Source of the DNA: Mobula hypostoma
Taxonomy: Eukaryota
Assembly (NCBI RefSeq): GCF_963921235.1
Contig: NC_086108.1
Location: 110,672,001 to 110,736,000 of the forward strand
DNA length: 64,000 nucleotides
Direction of reading: 5' to 3'
The position numbers were made by a program, and so were the translations under genes. The notes under the pieces are model-generated. The model had not been told where the DNA came from. It was given only the letters and a program-made list of their open reading frames with translations, and ran no database searches. Below, piece after piece: positions 60,605 through 64,000 of the stretch; position 1 is the first letter of the stretch, and every line of letters starts with the position of its first letter.

Positions 60605-61857
60605 GAAAGAGGCATTAGTAGTGATCTTTTTAAGAATCACTAGATTCTAGCATTGTTCCGGAGGACTGGAAAATTGCAAATGTCACTCCACTCTTTAAGA
60701 AGGAAGGGAGACAGAAGAAAGGAAATTATAGATCAGTTAGCCTAACCTGTGGTTGAGAAGATGTTGGAGTCGATTGTTAAGGATGTGGTTTAGGAGGCAC
60801 ATAATAAAATAGGCCCAAGTCAATATGGTTTCCATAAGGGAAAAAGTTGCCTGACAAATCTGTTGAAATCCTTTGAAGAATTAACAGGCAGGATAGACAA
60901 AGGATAACCAGTGGATGTTGTGTACTTGGATTTTCAAAAGGCTTTTATCAAGGTGCTACACATGAGACTGCTTGACATGATAAAAGCCTGTGGTATTACA
61001 GAAAATTGGGACCACTTCTTTTTATGTTATATGAATATGATTTGCATGACGGAATTGACAGCTTTGTGGTGGTTCATGAAAATGATTCTGGGTTTGTAAA
61101 GCTTAATTTATGAGAATCGTTTGATGGCTCTGGACCTGTACTCACTGGAATTCAGAAGAATGAGGGGTGATCTCATTGAAACCTAATGCATGTTGAAAGG
61201 CCTCGAAAGAGTGGATGTGGAGAGGATGTTTCCTGTTGTGGTGGAGTCTAAGACCAGAGGGTACAGCCTTAAAATAGGGGTGCATCCTTTTTAAACAGAA
61301 GGACATCCATTTATAACAGAAATGAGGAGGAATATCTTTAGCCAGAGAGTGGTGAATCCATGGAATCCGTTACCATGGACACCTGCGGAGGCTAGGTCAT
61401 TGGGTATATTTTAGGCAGAGTTTGATTAGTAGGGGAATGAAGGGAATGAATGGATATGGGGAGAAGGCAGGATATTGGAGCTGAGAGGAAAATGGATCAG
61501 CCATGAGGAAATGGTGGAGCAGACTCGATGGGCCAACTGGCCTAATTCTGCTCTTGTATTTGATCTAACTAAGAACTGATCAACCTCCATTTTAAATATT
61601 CTCAATGACTTAGCCTCCACGGCCTTTTGTGGCAACATATTACACAGATTCATCATCCTCTGGTTAAAGAAATTACTCCTTATCTATTCTAAAGGGACAT
61701 CCTTCTCTTTTGAGGCTGTGCCCTCCGGTCCTAGATTTTACCACTATGGGAAACATCCTCTCCACATCCACTCTATCTAGGTGTTTTAACATTCAATAGG
61801 TTTCAGTGAGATCACTCCTTATTCTTCTAAACCCAGTGAGTATAGGTCCAGAGCCAT
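60605..61857. mobile_element. Tail-to-tail CR1 fragments (60605-61560 plus; 61570-61857 minus)
   Basis: [11 protein letters not shown] on the plus strand; NLCNMLPQKAVEAKSLRIFK on the minus strand. Confidence 0.82.
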
Positions 61858-61897
61858 ATTTCATGCTTTTTAACTCTCTGGTGTGTTTGTTTCGCAG

Positions 61898-62051
61898 AGA
61901 ACAGTCCGGCTTTGTGATCAGCTGTCAAAGGTGATTCCAAATTCACATGTCTACTACAGAAGAGGTCTGGCTCTGAAGAAGATTATACCCCAGTGCATTG
62001 AGAAAGGTTTTACCGACCTGCTTGTCATCAATGAAGATCGGAAAGTACCAA
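61898..62051 (+). CDS. RPF1: RPF1 coding exon 5 (154 bp); the gene continues beyond the window
   Basis: Acceptor tttgtttcgc[53 protein letters not shown] plus one base (A), then GTATCCTT. Confidence 0.95.
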
Positions 62052-62060
62052 GTATCCTTC
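62052..62060 (+). promoter_or_regulatory. U12-type (minor spliceosome) 5' splice site
   Basis: GTATCCTTC matches the U12 consensus RTATCCTT exactly where RPF1 similarity ends. Confidence 0.88.
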
Positions 62061-62136
62061 ATTGTGTCTATTGGAAGCTGCATCTAGTTTCCTGCAGGTC
62101 ATCAGAATCAGAAATGGGTTTAATATCACTGGCATA

Positions 62137-63759
62137 CGGCAGCCCCCAACACTTTGTTCTCATAATGAGTACTGTATTACAACCAGTGATTTAGATCAAT
62201 TTAACTCCTTTTTATCTCAATAGCACCCCGGAAGCAGGGAAAATTGTAAAGTATGAAAAACTAAAAATTCAGAAGTATTCATCCTCCTTCACCCCACACA
62301 GACTTCCAATCTGTGTCTTGTAAGGCATGAAAATGCCTGACGCAGGCCTCTCATGGTCTGAGTCGACCTTCCCTCCCTTTGCTCAGTACTTAGTCGAACC
62401 ACCTCTCACAGCCATTACAAGCAGTAACCTTTTTGGATAAGTCTGTATTAGCTTTGCACAATGTGATGGAGCAGGATTTGCCCATTCCTCCTGCAAAATT
62501 GCTCAAGCTGTGCCAGGTTAGTTGGGGAGCAGTGGTGGACAGCAATCTTGAGGTCTTGCTAGAGATGTTCAATCAGGTAAAGATCAGGACTGTCTAGGTC
62601 ACTCAAGGACATCTGTTTCTTTCATTTGAAGTCACTCCATGGTTGCTCTGGCTGTGTGTTTTGGGTCATTGTCCTGCTGAAAGAACTTCCTCCCCAGTTT
62701 TAAGATTTCTGGCAGAGGCTAGCAGGTTTTTATCCAGGATCTCTCTGTGTTTGTCAGCATTCATCTTCCCATCAATCCTGACCAGATTTCCCGTCCCTGC
62801 TGCTGAAGAACATCCCTTTAGCGTGATGCTACCTCCACCATACTTTACAGTAAGGATGGTGTTACCTGGCCGACGCATAGTACAGTATTAGATCTACACC
62901 ACATGTACCACTTAGAGTTGAGGCCAGTAAGTTCCACTTTAGTCTCATCTGACCACATGACCTTTTTCCATATCTTTACAGTATTTTCGAAGTGATGCTT
63001 TGCAAAGTCTTTACATTGCAAGGATATGCTCTTTTTTTTAAGCCTTCCTTGCCACTTTTCTATAAATAAACTTTTTATGCAAGGTCTTGGAGATTGTGGA
63101 GCCATGAACTTCATTTCCACTTACAGTCACTGACTTCTGCAGCTCGCTCACAGTAGCCTCTCTTACAAATGCCATTCTTCTCCAGTGACTAAGATTAGAG
63201 TGGCGGTCTGACCTAGGCAGTGTGGCTGTGGTTTCATTTTTTCCCCACATTTTCATGATGCACTGCACTGAGTTCCAACGTATGCTCAGTGCCTTTGAGG
63301 TGGTCTTGTACCTTTCCCCAGATTTGTGTTTCTCTTTTACCATTTCCCTGGCTTGTCTTGAATGCTGTTTTATCTTCTTTTTTGGTTTGGTCTGTTGAAA
63401 AACTACCATACTGTTGGACCTTACAGAGAGAGGGGGTATTTATTCTTATGAATTCATTGCAAACAGGTGATCTTCCAATTTTCTACATCAATAAATTGGG
63501 TGACTTGCCAAGGTAATATACAGTATTACGCCTGAGGAAAGTTAGTGTAGTCATCAGAAAGGAGATGAATACTTTACAGCCTCATAATTTTGGTTTTAAA
63601 GTGTTGACAGGTTTTGGAATATTCTTTTTGATTTGACATGATGCACAATGTTTTGTAGATTAGCTCAAAATATCCTACTTTGATATATTTTAAATTTAGA
63701 AAATGAGACAGTAAAATGTGAAAATAGTTGTGGCGGCTGAACACTTTTTCAAGGCACAG
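62137..63759 (-). mobile_element. Near full-length (1623 bp) decayed Tc1-like transposon with TA TSD
   Basis: Transposase remnants KHKSGERYKTTSKALSI, WKKVMWSDETKVEL and TVKYGGGSI...[16 protein letters not shown] at 62135-62136 and 63760-63761 splits the host ggca(ta)tgtcgtgaaattt. Inner repeats aagtattcat / atgaatactt. Confidence 0.88.
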
Positions 63760-64000
63760 TATGTCGTGAAATTTCTTGTTTTTCGACAGTAGTACATTGC
63801 AGTGCACAATAATAAAAAATAAATTACAATAAGAAATACTTAATAAATTAAGTCATACAAAATGGGAGTAAAATATTGATGTATTGATTGTCCATTTAGA
63901 AATCTGATGGCAGAGGGGAAAAGGCTGTTCCTGAAGTGTTGAGTGTGTATCTTTGGGCTGCTGTATCTCCTCCTTGATGGTAGCAATGACAAGAGGGCAA

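Overview
Vertebrate genomic DNA. The repeat landscape (CR1 LINEs, V-SINE/HE1-type SINEs, Rex1-like LINEs, Penelope-like elements) suggests a cartilaginous fish, probably a ray; this is inference. Two host genes lie on the + strand in the conserved vertebrate order DNASE2B then RPF1. The window holds the last three coding exons of DNASE2B (13319-16739, including the HDHSKW catalytic motif) and the CpG-island promoter plus coding exons 1-5 of RPF1 (35183-62051). RPF1 exon 5 ends at a U12-type (minor spliceosome) donor, GTATCCTT. Most of the rest is nested transposable elements: a Gmr1-like Gypsy 5' LTR with PBS and SCAN-like gag, many CR1 copies (three very young), Rex1-like, L1, Tx1, RTE and R4/Dong-like LINE fragments, Penelope-like fragments, two Tc1 relics, a hAT MITE, a candidate solo LTR and tRNA-derived SINEs. 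The most notable less obvious signal is a dispersed family of Penelope-derived 3' ends carrying minimal hammerhead-ribozyme motifs. One intact copy lies in sense orientation in RPF1 intron 1. Several others form short foldback insertions, one of them with a 15-bp target-site duplication (TSD). Exon and TSD coordinates were read base by base; boundaries of old degenerate repeats are approximate, and family names rest on recognised protein and sequence motifs, not on database searches.
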